Shown one piece after another: positions 1 through 14,555 of a stretch of DNA of 64,000 nucleotides (its first letter is position 1; every line of letters starts with the position of its first letter). This DNA comes from Octopus bimaculoides (taxonomy: Eukaryota): the NCBI RefSeq assembly GCF_001194135.2, contig NC_068984.1, positions 49,820,644 through 49,884,643 on the forward strand. The letters run 5' to 3'. The notes under the pieces are model-generated. The model made no database searches. It worked only from the letters and a program-made list of their open reading frames with translations, and had not been told where the DNA came from. The position numbers were made by a program, and so were the translations under genes.

Positions 1-1361
1 AATATTACAAGCCATTTAATCTGACGATGCAGCGTTTCTGCCAAATCCATCCAGCAATAAGACTACAATTGCGTGACTATAGCAACAATAAATATGAATG
101 GTGAAATGGGAATGGCAATCTATATCAGAAAATAAACGTGTGGATATTACAAATTGGAAGTAACAACAATTGAATCTAAGTGAAAAGGAAGAGAAAATTC
201 CATTATGGAAGACAGGAAATAGCTCTTGCAACAAGAAAGAACATCGTAGGGAGTGAGCATGATAATTTTTACTGATTGGCCTAAATTTGTGATGTCAATA
301 TTATTATGGACCAATGAAAAGAAAATCAGTGATAGTGACTCATAGGAAAACTTTCCCCTGCAGCTAACAAACGAGATGACAATTGAGAAATCCCTTATCT
401 GTAATTCAGATGCGGTATATTCATTGTAGCTTACCTCTCTCCAGAACTCCCTTGGGGAAGGGATGTTTTTGTTCGTTCAGAACTGAGTGAGAGAGATGGT
501 GGAAGAAGGGGAAAAAAAACAAGGAATAAGGTAATGTAACAAACTAAAATAATAATGCTGTTATTACCGGGCTCAATTTAGTGTTAAAGTTGAATGAGCC
601 AATTAAATAAGTCTTATACAAGAGCAAAATAAAAAGTAAATAAAATAAAATACATCACTTGTCACACTGGCGATGTTATATGAACAATAAAATGTACTGT
701 AATTGTTGTATTCAGCAAAAAAGAATTACTATAGAAATGAATCGTTATTTATGCATGATGTAATTTTATTATGTATTGACGACGCAAATTACACAAGGGA
801 TGTCAAATTAAGTGACCATAATATTGTTGCATTCATGCATTTTTAATTTGAAATGACGACACAAATGGATAACAGATTTATTTAGTCTTTCTCTCCAACT
901 ATACTTGCTAGTAAGTCGCATAGTATCTTACTGAGAGAACATTGTAGTAATGATTTCACAAAAAAGGAATGTCAATGCTTTTATTTTTACAACCCTGATG
1001 TATTTGGATATCAGAATACGTGTTCAAACTGTATTTTAAAAAAAAATTGTTCAGATTTCCTCTTTGTTATTATATAACAGAGTGGAGACAATTCGCAGCG
1101 ATTCATGTAAAACAAGTATATTTTAATACTTTACGATCTATTTGGCAATCAATGCTATTCTATTATTAAATCAAAATAGTTGAAAGTAGACTTTGTACAT
1201 CTCGATTGTAAACGAGGACACGAACACATTGGAAATAAATGGAAATAAATATAAAACGGATGCTGGTTTTATTGAAATACAATTTCAAAGAATAGAGTAG
1301 TGGTTTAACTTTTTACACATACGTATCACAATTTATATCATCAAACAAGTTATATATATGT

Positions 1362-1435
<74 letters not shown>
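1362..1435. repeat. (CA)n microsatellite; further long (CA/TG)n tracts near 17043, 35897, 39355, 45245, 58408 and 59120
   Basis: Directly visible. Confidence 0.98.
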
Positions 1436-1438
<3 letters not shown>

Positions 1439-3364
1439 AATGGAACTACAAAGGGACTGCAAATTTAAATATACCGAGTGAACAGAGCTCCTAAATAGAT
1501 ATATCTCCGGCAGAAGTCAATTTGTGTTTCACCCTGCAAAAACTCACTTTAAACATTTTATCTACTATTTAAACTTCAGTGCCTGATAACGTATTCCTGT
1601 TTCACATTAATACATTAATTGTATTAGCCTCAAACAATTACCACTCTCCACAGATATTTGTTAAGGGGCTGAAAAGACTATGAGAATTGCCATTCTTTTC
1701 AACTGTTCTTGGCAATTAGTTGTAGCTTTTTCGTTTACTATCAGAGGGCATAACTCCTTACAGTTCCGAGGTGCTATTTTAAAATTATAGCAATCTGATA
1801 TCTCTTGAATGGATCATATTAGTTAACAGACACTTCGAAGTGGTCAGTACTACATCAGTTTAAAATCAGCTACATACATGTGTTTTCAGAGAAATAACAG
1901 GTATAAAAATCTTCTTGGTATGCACTCCTTGGTAAGAACTGAAATATGTCGAGAAAAAAATATATAGAAATAAACTCTTCCCATGCCAGTCTTTTGTTTC
2001 AATAAAAATAACTGCTAAAATATATATGCATGCACTATATATTTCCCAACAATCAACTAAGCGTTTTTTTCCTATCACAATCCGATTAGCACTGGATTTC
2101 CACTAATTACCTAATTATATACTTTCAAATATATTAAATAAGCCTCTAAAAAAACATTCACTAGTCGAAACCATGTCAAAGTGATTGTGATTAACATGCT
2201 TAACAAGAAAAGTTAGCAATCGTTTGGGAAAAACTTTGCTCTTTATTTGGTTGTTAATCGAAAGCATTCAGATTTCTTTCTGGGGATTTTTGAGACAGAG
2301 AGAGAGACAGACAGACAGAGAAAGAGGAGAGTTCTGGGTTTAAGCTAAAGCTTCAATCGTCGTTCTCATTAGTTAACCGTAATACGTCCTTTCAGTCATC
2401 TCAAAAGAGTGAGTTTGAGGCCATAAAGCAAATAGTTTAGCCAACTATTTTGTTAAGTGCGTATGAAAAGAAAAATAAAAGCAAGAAAATGAACCAAACC
2501 ACCTAACCAAATGGTTCAACTGATTCTTTCACCATCTCTTGTAAAATAAACAAGATTTATGATATGATTGATTTCATCCACAGAAGTGCCTGATAACTTT
2601 GAACAGTTTGATTTTAATAGTGATATATAGGGTGAGAATTGTGGAGAGGGGAGATCAAGACGAGCAAATGCTTGAATGAGAGTGATATCTCGAGAACGCA
2701 GTGAAGCATATAAAGTACAAGCAACTTCAATAGCAAGTTCTATTTCTATGTTTCTTCCGTGAGAAGTATTTTATAAATTCTGATAAACTATTTCAACAAT
2801 AAATGTTGCCGTATTCCTAATTCATTGTACAACATTTCTGAAACTATAATTTAGGTTTAATTCCGGTTTTGAACTGATTATATACTCCCTTTCTTATCTG
2901 AGAGTTTGATGTATTCGACTCTGACAATTGTGGTTTGAGTCAAGAATAGAGTCTCCTCGTGACCACCATATATGGAAGAAATGGCAACCGAAACTCCTAA
3001 GGAAGCCCTATTGTTCTTTAGAAAGGAAAAAGGCCTAGTTATGTACTTCAAGTAGTGGTCACAATTGTCTGCTTGGTCAGAGTCTACCTGGTGTTAAACA
3101 ACAAACGCCTACTGATTTCTCTTGCAAATTGGGCTAAACTTACTTTATACGAGACAGATTATACCAAAGATTAAAACCACTCTCCGAATATTTGGGAATT
3201 GAATCGGTGGGTGTCGAGATCTAGGTTACAACATCAGTTATATTGAGTGAGAATTTTGCTTATGTGAAGTTCAACACGTTTTCTTTCCCGACAGTAAAGA
3301 AGAATACATTGAAGTGGAAAGTTTCAACACTCAAACAGACGTTAATCAAAGTTCCAGACAAATA

Positions 3365-3510
3365 TTCTTTTCTACTCTAGGCACAAGACTCAAAATTTTT
3401 CGGGAGGGGGACCAGTCGATTAGATTGACTCCAGTACACCACTGGTATTTAATTTATCGACTCCGAAAGGATGGAAGGCAAAGTCGAGCTCGGCGGTTTC
3501 CAGACAAATA
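3365..3510 (-). mobile_element. SINE family C, 3' part
   Basis: CGAAAGGATGGAAGGCAAAGTCGAGCTCGGCGG and CTGGTATTTAATTTATCGAC shared with other copies. Confidence 0.75.
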
Positions 3511-6500
3511 TTACCAAAAAAAAAAAACTGGTGCTATAAAGCAGAAAATAATGAAACCGATGAAGATTTCATCTAAAAAGATTACACACATACGACATAC
3601 GTACACACAAACTGTGACCGGGCATGTGCGTGCATGCGTGCGTGTGTACGTGCCAGCGAGCAGGTGTCGGTCTCTTGTGTTCAGCGTGTGTGTGTATGTG
3701 TTAGTATGCGTCGTCTTTGTGCGTGTGAGCCTTTTGTTCAATGTTTGCGAGCATGCGCGTGTGCATCTGTGTTGTTCAGAGAGTGCGATCGCGAATGTGT
3801 GTGCGTTTGATTAAATAAAGAATAACGTTATACTCAATTTTTATAGCAGAATACAAAATGAAAAATCAACTTTAGGCTAAGCATACACTAAATTGAGTGA
3901 GACAAAAAAAAAAAAAAGAAAAAGAGTGAGTGAAACTACATACTCAATCTAGAAAAAGGAGGAAGTGAACCAAAATTCCCGATTTAGAAGTGAGCGAATG
4001 AGAATGTGTCTGACTATATCCTTATGTTGGTAAAAAACTATGTATGTACAATCTAAAACTGTGTGTGTGTGAACGACCACACACTAACTTCAGAAAAATA
4101 CAATGTGTGTGTGTTCTTATCATTAAAAACGCTTGATTACGTTTGAGATGACCGAATTTGAAAATTATTTACACAGAAGAGATTATCAATTTCTTCAGAG
4201 TAGGTTGGTCAGGCTGACCGTCACTTAAGCAGGGAGCGAATAAGCATTGTAGCATTTCCAGCAGACACACTTTAGAATTGGGTATTACATGGAATCTACA
4301 GCAAACAGAAGCAGTCTAGTGATGTAACTTGAACATTATCTGACTTCCAATTCCTCTCTACAAGAAGTATTTTTGTGTATATTTATCTATTTTTTCCTCT
4401 GCTATTTGACGATTTTCGTTTTGCAGTAAACAAGACGATGATTATGATTACGATGACAAATCTAAATACTGATGGCAAATCCCCGAAGATAAATACTTTC
4501 TGTATCGAAAATCTATAATTATTAACTTACAAGATATTTATCTGCATAGTAATTCTGTACTTTAGATAACTTACAATGCAGTCGTGTGTGCATGTGTTCG
4601 CGTGTGCGTGGGCTACGCTTTGTAGTATAGTTTGATATTTTGTAGGAATAGGAAAATATATCAGCCACGTTGCATTTTCAGTTGAAACTATTCACGCCTG
4701 TGATGCTTTAGGCAATTACAAGAATGATATAATCTGTAGACAATGTCTGTTCAAAATCTTAGACGTAATATCTATGTAAAAATACATTGTAGTTGTTTAG
4801 TCACAGATAAGTTCTGATCGAATAGAATGATAGAAAAAACGTATTGCAGCTATGAGCATCTCATCTTAATTCTTACTCAGCCTACACAGATCAACGTTCA
4901 TGTTATCAGTAATGTAGAGTTTGAATCAATGAAAATTTAGCTTTAATTTCTAGCAAATGTAATATATATTAGGAGAGAGAGACAGGGTAGTTGGTAGAAT
5001 ATAACATTGTTATTCTGACAGTCGAATTCAGATATCCGAAGTTCGTGTCGAAAAGTTCTAAGTTTTATATGGGGCAATTGATTCTAACTACTCTTTACAT
5101 ATTAATTATGAATTTCCAGTCCCCAATATTGAAAGTTGATTGTTTTTCTTCCCTTATACGTAAACTAAGAAATGGAGCGACCACTTCAAACAGTTTAGAA
5201 TCTATTAAAGTTTAGTAACACCAAAAATTATGCAACTTTACTCGAAAATTAACTTTTGTTTATTTATCACACACGTACACACACGTGTCATATACACACA
5301 CGTAGTCATATACTGTATCAACAATTTGACTGTGGCAAAGACGTTTGTTTACGGATTACATTAATTTTAATACGGAATTTTCACTACGAGATTATTTTAC
5401 TGCAAGACTATATACGTGTTTTCATGTGAATAATTCATTTAATGAATCTATTCATGACTTTTGACCTGTTTTTAAATAGTAATTTTTTCTTTCTGTTTTA
5501 GAGGGGAAAGTAGCATTAATGGCATTATTCAGTGTTTCAAGACTAGAGGGAGGAAAATATTCTCAGAACGGAGAAGTGGCCGGAATGCTTACATGGTCCA
5601 GATGATGCTGGTACAAATAACAGATAAGGTCCCTACGATGAACTTCTACACTGTTTCCATGTACCAAATTTCAGTCATGTAGTTTTGCTTGACCCAACAC
5701 CATGATAGATATTTTCCCAACGTGCTAAGCAATGAGATCGAACCTGAAACTATGTAATTGCTAAGCAAACTTCTTTCTTAATCACATAGCAATATTTGAA
5801 CGCAATTGTCAGCTCCTCATTTCCAGCAAAAAAAGTGTAGTAATTAACTTGACATTTTACGTTACATCTGAGGTGATGTTAAATCCAATTCGAAACCGCA
5901 ACCACCAGGACGCCGAACGCGAATGAATTAACCCACAAGTTATGTGACGTTATAGGACAGAGGCCGGGGAGCTGAAAAAGACGCATGTTATATAAAATTA
6001 TAAACCAGTAAGAGAGAAAGCTGTCTCCATTGGTGATTTGCTCGAAGCTAGAAATATGTCAAGAACATTCCTCAATTCAAAAAGAACATTAACCAGGCCA
6101 GTCTTAATGGGGCCATAAAGAAGTGGGGTAACTATTGAATCACAAGAACTCTGCTCTCTTTCATTGAGACAACTCATAAAAATTGTTAAGTAGACAATAT
6201 TTCTGTTCAAATCCCAATGGTCCTTTTGCAATATTAAATAGTATCTAATAGGGCCATAAAAATAATTCTTTGGAATATCCAGTCAACTAATTTATTCTAC
6301 GAAACGCACACTTCAATGAAGCATCGCCCGTTAAAACAATTTTCATTTTTATTCTTCCGTTCTTTATTCATTTTCATAAATTCTACTTGTGCTTCGATGC
6401 GTTGAAGGAAGAAAATGCTTTTCTTTATTTACTTCTTAAAACTTTAAATGCCCGTGGAGGAGAATCATCATCTACCCTTCATCGTTTTTATTTTATCTTA

Positions 6501-6791
6501 TTTTTATATCATCCATTATCATCTTAGTCTGTCTCAGACTTTGAAATCTTACATTCTGGTATTATATGCCCAATGGGTGAAATGGCTTACAACTATGTCA
6601 GTTGTCTAAATCATTTGATCCTGTTCTTTTGCATATTAGCATTGAGTCAAACAATCTTTCACATATTCTTTTAATCATTCCTGAAGCTCATGTGCATTTT
6701 ACGAGAATGGGTTGCTAGGTCCATAGTCAACTAACCTAGTAGAAAGCCAATCCTATTTCAGCACTTTTCTTTCAAACCAACGAAATATATA

Positions 6792-7171
6792 CTCTTTTAC
6801 TTGTTTCAGTCATTTTACTGTGATCATGCTGGAGCACCGTCTTTAGTCGAGCAAATCGAACTCAGAACTTATTCTTTGTAAGTCTAGTACTTATTCTATC
6901 GGTTTCTTTTGCCGAATCGCTAAGTTACGGGGACGTAAACACAACAGCATCGGTTGTCAAGCGATGTTGGGAGGACAAACACAGACACACAAACATATAT
7001 ACACACACACACATACGACGGGATTCTTTCAGTTTCCGTCTACGAAATCCAATCACAAGGCTTTGGTCGGCCCGAGGCTATAGTAGAAGACACTTGCCAA
7101 AGGTGCTACGCAGTGGAACTGAACCCGGGACCATGTGGTTCGTAACTAAGCTACTTACTACACAGCCACTC
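6792..7171 (-). mobile_element. SINE family D (tRNA-like head, internal TA/CA microsatellite), full length
   Basis: Minus head AGTGGCTGTGTAGTAAGTAGCTTAG..GGTTCAGTTCCACTGCGTAGCACCTTTGGCAAGTGTC and tail CAGCATGATCACAGT..TGACTGAAACAAGTAAAAGA; several homologues in the window. Confidence 0.85.
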
Positions 7172-9512
7172 AAATTTTATTTCACTGTCGATGGTTAGAA
7201 TTGGAATTATCCCACCAAAATACACCTAACGGGTAAGTTAAGGTCGTTGACATTAAGTTTCTTGATCATAGGAAGCTATGCAAAATGATTCACAACAGAT
7301 CTTGATAAAGCATTTAATTATTAATGTCAATGGAAACGTGTTCATGACTTTAGAGTTAATTTCTGTTAATAAAGTTTCAAGAAATAAGTTATTAAAAATA
7401 TATTCTTAAAGGAGTCATTTCGTATTAAATTTTAATAAAGACTGAAAAGAGTAATTTTAAAAAATAATGCCTCTTTTTTTTATACGTGGAATATCCTTTT
7501 TTTAAAAGGCCCTGATTGTTGGTATAACACCACCACATGACCATTCGGTTTCATTACTAGAGTTCATACATACAGTGGCAAACTTTCAGACTAGTTTTCA
7601 AACAGAGAATAAATTATCTCGATACGTTGTTTCCTATGTCAGAAATTTTTGGTTTCTTCCCTACTTTCCCCCTACACAAGACTGAGGTCCTGACAAAAAT
7701 AATAATGGGCGCTGCACTTATTCCCACTACCCCAAGTAAAAATTGGAATAATTATAATGTATGTTGATTCCCAATATATCAAAAGTCTTTACTTGACAAC
7801 TCCTGTAGGATTTGAACTGAGAACATTCACCGAATTTTATTTGTCAGTACTATCACTGATTTTTAATACACGATACAATTAATGTAATCAATATGAGGAC
7901 AGAAAGCATAATTAAAAAGATCAAAGTAAACAATTACAAGGAAAAATCGAAAAGTATCTGACCGTGCCAGAGTTTTAAAAAGCTGCTCAAGAGATCAAGA
8001 GACATCGTAAATGAGACCCAGAAACTAGAGTTACACAAAACATTTCCTCTATTGCATTTTGCATTCCTTCCTTTCATTATTGAGGATCTCCACTCGCAGA
8101 TCCTTAATAATGAAAAGATATGTCATCATTATAGCTTGCAAAAAATCAGTTATGAACAATCTCCAATGTAATTGTAAATGATATAACAATTATCTGTTAT
8201 TCATAACAGTATGTACAATTGATATAATACGCAGAGAGACACAATCAATTACATCACCTCGGTATTTGACTAATTCTTGTTTTATTGACCCTGGAAGTAT
8301 GAAAGTTAAAAATCTATCTCTACTGAATTTGGACTAAAACTTTAAAGAAACGTAGCTAAATACGACCAAGCATTTTGTCCGGCAGTATTGATTCCGTTGT
8401 TTATCGATAGGTTATAAAAATGGTACTGATAAATTACTATTAGATACAATGTCTCAATTTAAAGCAAAATTGGATATGTGATATTGATGTATTTAAAAAA
8501 AGAGTACAAGGATAATTCATAAAACCCGGTATGTACTGAATAGAAATAGCATAGATGATGGAATATTAATATTAAATATGCGATGCTTCAACCGGTTAGC
8601 GTCTACACGGTCAATCGAATTGCAAGAAATAGTTAAATGGCCCTTAAATTGTAACCTAATGTTAAAACAACAACAAAAACAACATCCCGTGAGTGGGGGG
8701 GGGCAGATGGCAATGACTTATGTTTGTAGAATCATATAAGTGCTTGTACTGTGTAGTCTTGGGGCTAAACATATGGTATAACAATTACTTTACATCAAAA
8801 CCAAACGTTTCAATTACATATAGAAATTAATGTTAGTATATTGTGCTAGTAAATCGTCAAGTAATTAAGTTACGCTGAAGAATTGGGGATCGGGTAATTC
8901 TCCAAATCCTTACAAATTGAAACAAATACGTAAGCTTTTTCGAAAAAAAAAAAATGCCTATAACATCTTATAAAGATTGTTTTTCTTTTATTTTTGTTGA
9001 AGGGCACTGTTCTGTTTGTTTTGGTAGCACACGGAATTATAGTTAAAATGTATGTAGGAGCAGAGAGAAAGAGGGAGGGAGGGAGGAAGAAAGAAAAACA
9101 AGGTATAATGAATAGGAAAGGAAGACGGAAAGAAGCTAATCAAGTACCAAAGAAAATGAGAAAGAAACAGACAGAAAGAGACCACGTGCCATGTGAGAAA
9201 CTTAACGCTAATACTCGACAACTATTTTCAAAGACATCAAAAGAGTCAGAAATAGAATACGTGCGCACACACACACGCAGCTGTACATACAGACATAGTT
9301 CACTCAATATTTATCGCGGTTAGTAGCCGACAGCTAAAAACCTTCAATCAACTGATGATCACTTAGTAATGCAGTAAAAGCCACTCTCCATCTAGCCTCG
9401 CAAGTAATATACCCGTTTACCTAATCACCTACCACTCGACTAGAAATGTTAATTCCGTTGAGAATGGTGTTAACAAGTTAAGCGGTTACGAAATACTTGA
9501 AAAGTGAGCATG

Positions 9513-9781
9513 TACACGGTGTTCCTCAAAAAATATATACCCACATTGAAGAATTATTAAGTCAGTGTTTATCAAAATACATTTCATTTTCAAACTAGTA
9601 TAAGCTAGACAGAAAATAATATTTTTTCATAAATGGCGGTTTTCAAACTGTTGACCGTTCAAGTCTAGACACTACTCATAATGCGAAACAGATGAAATCG
9701 TAAACATGAAGAAACGTTTCGTTCGGTATTTGTGCGCATTCTCTTTCAACGGCTGCTCTCAATTCGTCAACTGTTGCCAAT
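9513..9781 (-). mobile_element. Tc1/mariner-superfamily 3' fragment with one terminal inverted repeat
   Basis: TA then CACGGTGTTCCTCAAAA at 9513, resembling CAGGGTGTCC-type TIRs. Minus translation LATVDELRAAVERECAQIPNE plus frameshifted LDLNGQQFENR resembles the transposase C-terminus. Confidence 0.65.
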
Positions 9782-9939
9782 TTTTTACCGTAAAATTTAT
9801 CTATTAAGTAGCTTTCTAAAGAAATTTAAAATTGAAAAAAAAAAAAAAAAAAAAAAAAAAAAGGAAAAAGTGGCTAGTGTGTGAGACCCGATGAATACAG
9901 TAAGTACTCTACTGAAATTCCTCGTTCATTTTCATTGTT

Positions 9940-10080
9940 TGGCAAAATCGCATCTTGGTAAGCTATGAAAGTATGGGCGTTCCATGTTGCTGGAAATAAA
10001 CTCCACATCGAAGGTCTAGTGAATGCTTGGCATAACAGATTGTTGCAGCAAGTTCAAGTACATGGAGCTAGTTTCAGTTT
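9940..10080 (+). mobile_element. Possible Mutator (MULE) transposase remnant
   Basis: Translation HVAGNKLHIEGLVNAWHNRL resembles the MULE C-terminal TNNxxEGWHNRL motif; short and degenerate. Confidence 0.3.
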
Positions 10081-11576
10081 TGTAAAAATAAAAAAAAATA
10101 AATAAAAAATCCTTTTGATAAGCTGCACCAAATGTAATTCTTGAAAAATTAACAATGCTCTTACGTTAAAAGGGCTTAATTTATTGCAGGTTACTTAGAA
10201 TTAAATTATCACATATTAGTAGCAAGGTTTCGGTCGTTTTCACTTCACATTTGAAATATACGTTAGTACTTAACATACAGAAATATTCAAGCTAAGGAAC
10301 ATGTACGTGATCGCTTGACCTGATAAAAATCTCAGATTATAAACTACTGTTTTTTAAAACAAAATCTACATTGGATATGTAGTCCCTAGTGTCTCAGACA
10401 CAATGTGATCTTAGCTAGAAAGAAATTAATCATAAGTTTGATCGATTAAGAACAATCTGGAACAACAAGTAACAAAAATAATATATTCTTTGCATAATAC
10501 CGTTCTTTCTCTCTTAAGAGTTGTGTATGCAAGTTTTTATAGGCATAAATCAGGTAAATGAAATGCATCTTCTCCAATCGTTTTAGCGAAATCGATATAT
10601 GATCAATTCGTCGGCAGCTGACAAACGTACCTCGGGCTTGCTACCTTTGCAAAAGTGGCACCAGTCGGGGACATTACATGTACATCATACAAATAACCAA
10701 GTCAGCAATTCAATTGACGAGAGATCGGAACAGGTGTGAATAATCATTCTTTCAGGACAGAACATATGCTAGGATAGATGCGTCCATTATTCGTTTTAAC
10801 AGTCAATAAAACGAAGAACGCATATACATCAGATATATTTTTAAAGCATTATGTATTCCCCACAAGGGCAAGAGAGACGTAAGAGAAATAATATCAACAG
10901 AAACTCTATATATATTAAAAAAACTCATTATCGCTTTCGTCCGGTGTTGCCATTACGGGTTTACTCTAAATTTAGCAATTGGTTTTAGCCCAAGATTAAT
11001 CTTGGGCAAGCAGGCCTATGATCAAGAACATCCTGAGGTTTGTAGAACATTTGACTGCTATTTTGAATAGGTTGAACAGCTACAAAGATATATCCTTGTG
11101 TGCTTACAGTCTATATAAAAATAGTGACTAAAGTAATTGGCACGCGTAGCTAAATGCTATACTACTAAGTTTTTAACTGTTTAAAGAGATTGTGAAAGTA
11201 ATATCTCTACAAGGACGGTGCAACCTTACTGACTAAGCAGTATAGTTTTCAGTACCAGCGGGAATTGCAGCAACGTATCACGATGAATTAACCTCCTGCT
11301 AGGCACACACAAATGCACATAGGATACACAAATGCACAGAGGTGCACATTGTCTAAGGTGATTAAATAGTAGCAAGGGACTTGAAGTTTACTCAACACCA
11401 CGAGAGTGAAGGTAACAGCTGGGATTTAACGAAAGTAAATGAATTCTTTCACAAATAGGCTTTAAAAATGATTTGCCCTTAAAATATTTCAGTTGGGTAG
11501 AAAAAAAAAATTAAAAGAAAAATAGCCGGATAAATTGTCTTTCAGGGTTTACTTCTAAATTTTTACGTACTGAAAT

Positions 11577-11640
11577 TTAACCCTTCGTTAGCCACATGGG
11601 GTGCGTTATCACTCCCCTCTTCTTAAAATGCTCGTAATTT
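11577..11640 (+). mobile_element. Possible piggyBac-type terminus
   Basis: TTAA|CCCTTCGTTAGCC; partner end not found. Confidence 0.25.
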
Positions 11641-12944
11641 CTAGTTGACAACTTATTTATTTTTTGCTCCTTTCTCTGCTCTTCTGGCTCAGTGAGTGTG
11701 TGTGTTACAGGTGGTGTGGCGCTGTCATGGCTCAGTATTCGTGGAAGGTAGACGATGTTTTTGTCAAGTTAACCCATGTGACGAACGTAGTTCAAGTTTT
11801 GATTTAATGCATATTATAACGGAGATTGTTTTGTTACGTTAATTTTTTATAAGTTATTCCCATCAATCAAACTAATATTTGCTGCAAACCAGTAAAGGAG
11901 CTTATATGTGGTCACTCCTCATTTGTTATATATTACAGCGAAATCTCTCGAGTCAAGCTATTGTTATGTAAAAAGACATTGAATAATAATAGCTTCGGAA
12001 AGTTATGTTTAAAAATACAAGATGATTAAACTTAGAATATCTTTAACAATAAGTCTGCTGGGTTACGGTTGACCCGGGTGGAACTAATCAATAGCAACAA
12101 TATTTGTGTAGTAAAAACAAAAACCAAATCATGAAGAGAATCTTTCGGTCAGGAACTTTCAGAAAAGCTATTGTGTTCGCGCGTGCGTGCACGCACACAC
12201 GCAGAGGAACCTTTCCATAGTTCCTTGATATGCAAAAATAGGAGTAAAGTCTATTAAACTATAATTTACTATCTTAAAGCAAATCGATAATATACTCTAA
12301 GATACATTAGCTGGAACAAATAAGACAGGATTGTCACAATTGGAACGCCTTTAGTTATAGATTTACTCAAACAAGGCTAACCTGGAGCAAAACAGTAATA
12401 AAAGTTTTTGATTCAATCTAAATTGTATATGTGAAGGCTCTACCACAATATGGCTACAGTGCAATGGCTGGAATTAGAAGAGAAGAAACGGTTTAAGCAC
12501 CATACATCTCTATGGAAGAACGAGAGAATAATGTTACTGGACAATATTAATGATGAAAGGAAAATTACTATAACCAGGATTGCAAGGATGTCGAGGTCAG
12601 TCCTCAAAGAAATTACCGTTGGCATACAGATCAATAAACTGCTTCATATGGACGGACACACTAATGGATTGATTGACTGACTCATACAAACTTATTCAGA
12701 AGAAAATTAATAGAATAATAATGAAACTGAAACGGAAGAACTACATCAATTATTTGAGTTTGTCGCCATCTCTCACTTGCAATGCTTTCTTTATACTTTG
12801 AAACAAAGCTAACTGAAATTAAGGAGACTATACGAAGTTTATTTAGTACAAATGAATGCGAAGATACAATATTCGGTAACGTTGCAATTCAAGTATCTGC
12901 TTACATTTAATCTGTACTATTACTACTGATGATAATACTTTCTA

Positions 12945-13570
12945 CTATAGGCAGGGTCTTAGTCGACTACATGCCCCAGTACTCAACTGGTACTTATTTT
13001 ATCAATCTCAAAAGAAGTCAAAGGTAAAGTCAACTTTTGCGGCATTTGAACTCAATATAAACTCTGACGATGTCGACAGACAAAAATAATGGTATCAAAT
13101 TTTGGCACAAGGCCAGCAATTTCAGGGATAGGGGTATAAGCCGATTACATCGATTCAAGTACTTGACTGGTGCTTTTTTCTATCGACCCCGTAAGTATCA
13201 GACAAAGTCGATCTCGGCAGCATTTCAGCTCAGAACGTAAAGACAAACGAAATGCCGCTGAGCATTGTGTCCGCTATGCTAATGCATGCGCCAGCTCACC
13301 GCCTTTGGCACAGAGCCAGCAATTTTTGATGAAGGGAGAAGTTGATTGCATCGACTCCAGTACTTAAGTTGTTACTTTATCTTGTCGACCACAAAAAAGA
13401 TGAAAAGTAGAATCGGCCTCGTTAGGATTTGAACTCGGAACGTAAAGAGACAAAAGAAATACCACTAAGCATTTTCGCCGATGCGTTAAGTATTCTAATA
13501 GTAATAGAGGTACAAGGCTCGAAATTTGTGGAAGAGGACTATTTTACCGACACTGAAAGGATGAAAGTAA
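12945..13570 (-). mobile_element. Cluster of four head-to-tail SINE family C copies (Deu/Nin-like core)
   Basis: Repeated GGCACAAGGC..AATTT..GTCGA.TACATCGAC.CCAGTAC..ACTGGTACTTA..TATCGACCCC..AAAGTC..ATTTGAACTC blocks starting near 12945, 13105, 13306 and 13505. Confidence 0.75.
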
Positions 13571-14349
13571 ATAACTAAACGTAAAATAGTCATTAACAGA
13601 TAAGCAACGTCATTGTGTGTATGTGTGTTAAATTTCAAGAAAAAATAAGATCCCCCACCCCCACCGATCTACAGATGTTTCTCTTTTACATGAAATTAAT
13701 GCGCCAACATGTCCTCTTGTTTAGGAGGGGCAGGAACTTTAAAAAGGTTACGAGTGTCACACCTTTTCTCTACAGATGAATCAACAGAGAGAAACAGATG
13801 TAAATGGGAAGAAAGTGGAGCAACGGATAAACAAATAAAATAAAAAAAAGGAAAAATCTGATTAAATTGACATGGACAATGAACAGGGCGTAGTCACGCT
13901 GCTGAACCATCAAAAGGTTACACTATCAAGACCCCAATTATCTAATAAACCACATGGACCGAAACAACAGATTTTCAGCCATCCGTAACACCTCTTAATC
14001 TGAACGCAAAACATACGTGCTTAGTTAAAAATGTGTGCATGCCACGTGTAATATATTCCATATAAAATTTCGTTTTGCATTTTAATAGATCCCTCGTCAA
14101 ATCTACAACAAAGAAAGAGCAGACATAGCTGTATTGTTGAGGATTTAGCTTTGCAATGTATGGAAAACATGGAAATCGACAAGTACATGCAGCCTTTAAA
14201 AAAATTAATTGAAAAGGTCATATTGATAAACTGAGTAAATAGAAGAATTAAGTGTTCTTTTTGAAATATATGAACGCCACAACATCCAGAAAATTTGTCA
14301 AATTCATCACAAATATAAAACAAGTACGAGAACGAGAAAACGATAATGC

Positions 14350-14555
14350 ATCTAGATGGCTCCTATTAGCTTGCTTGAAATAGCAGTCAAATACCCCCTC
14401 ATTATATCCTACCGACATGAAAATGGATACATTGGATGACGTAATTCTAGATGTTATATATATCTTAAAAATAAAAAAGGGCTAAAATGGCTACGACCGG
14501 AATGCCTTTTAGCATTGGCCTGTTCGGAGATGAATTGAGTCTAAACAACAACATA
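14350..14555 (+). repeat. Old dispersed repeat family F, ending in AAACAACAAC; other diverged copies near 3000-3100, 8580-8780, 10300-10470, 10980-11130, 17840-18090, 19870-20030, 23200-23440, 32470-32655 and 55350-55520
   Basis: Recurrent GAAATAGCAG.CAAAT..CCTC..CATTGGAT..GTA.T.CTAGA..GGAATGCC.TT..CATAGG.CTG..CTAAACAAC motifs; probably a retroposon 3' end, class not established. Confidence 0.55.

Noticed and set aside
1-360. Purine-rich stretch with a GMAIYIRK motif (LINE endonuclease-like)
   Set aside because: A single short motif amid stops at the window edge is insufficient.
4427-4472. Plus-strand acceptor followed by KQDDDYDYDDKSKY*
   Set aside because: Only 15 codons, built on a GAT/TAT low-complexity run, with no linked upstream exon.
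5998-6231. 77-aa minus-strand ORF tested as SLCO exon 2
   Set aside because: Lacks the GxxVNG, IERRF and SYD motifs and suitable splice sites.
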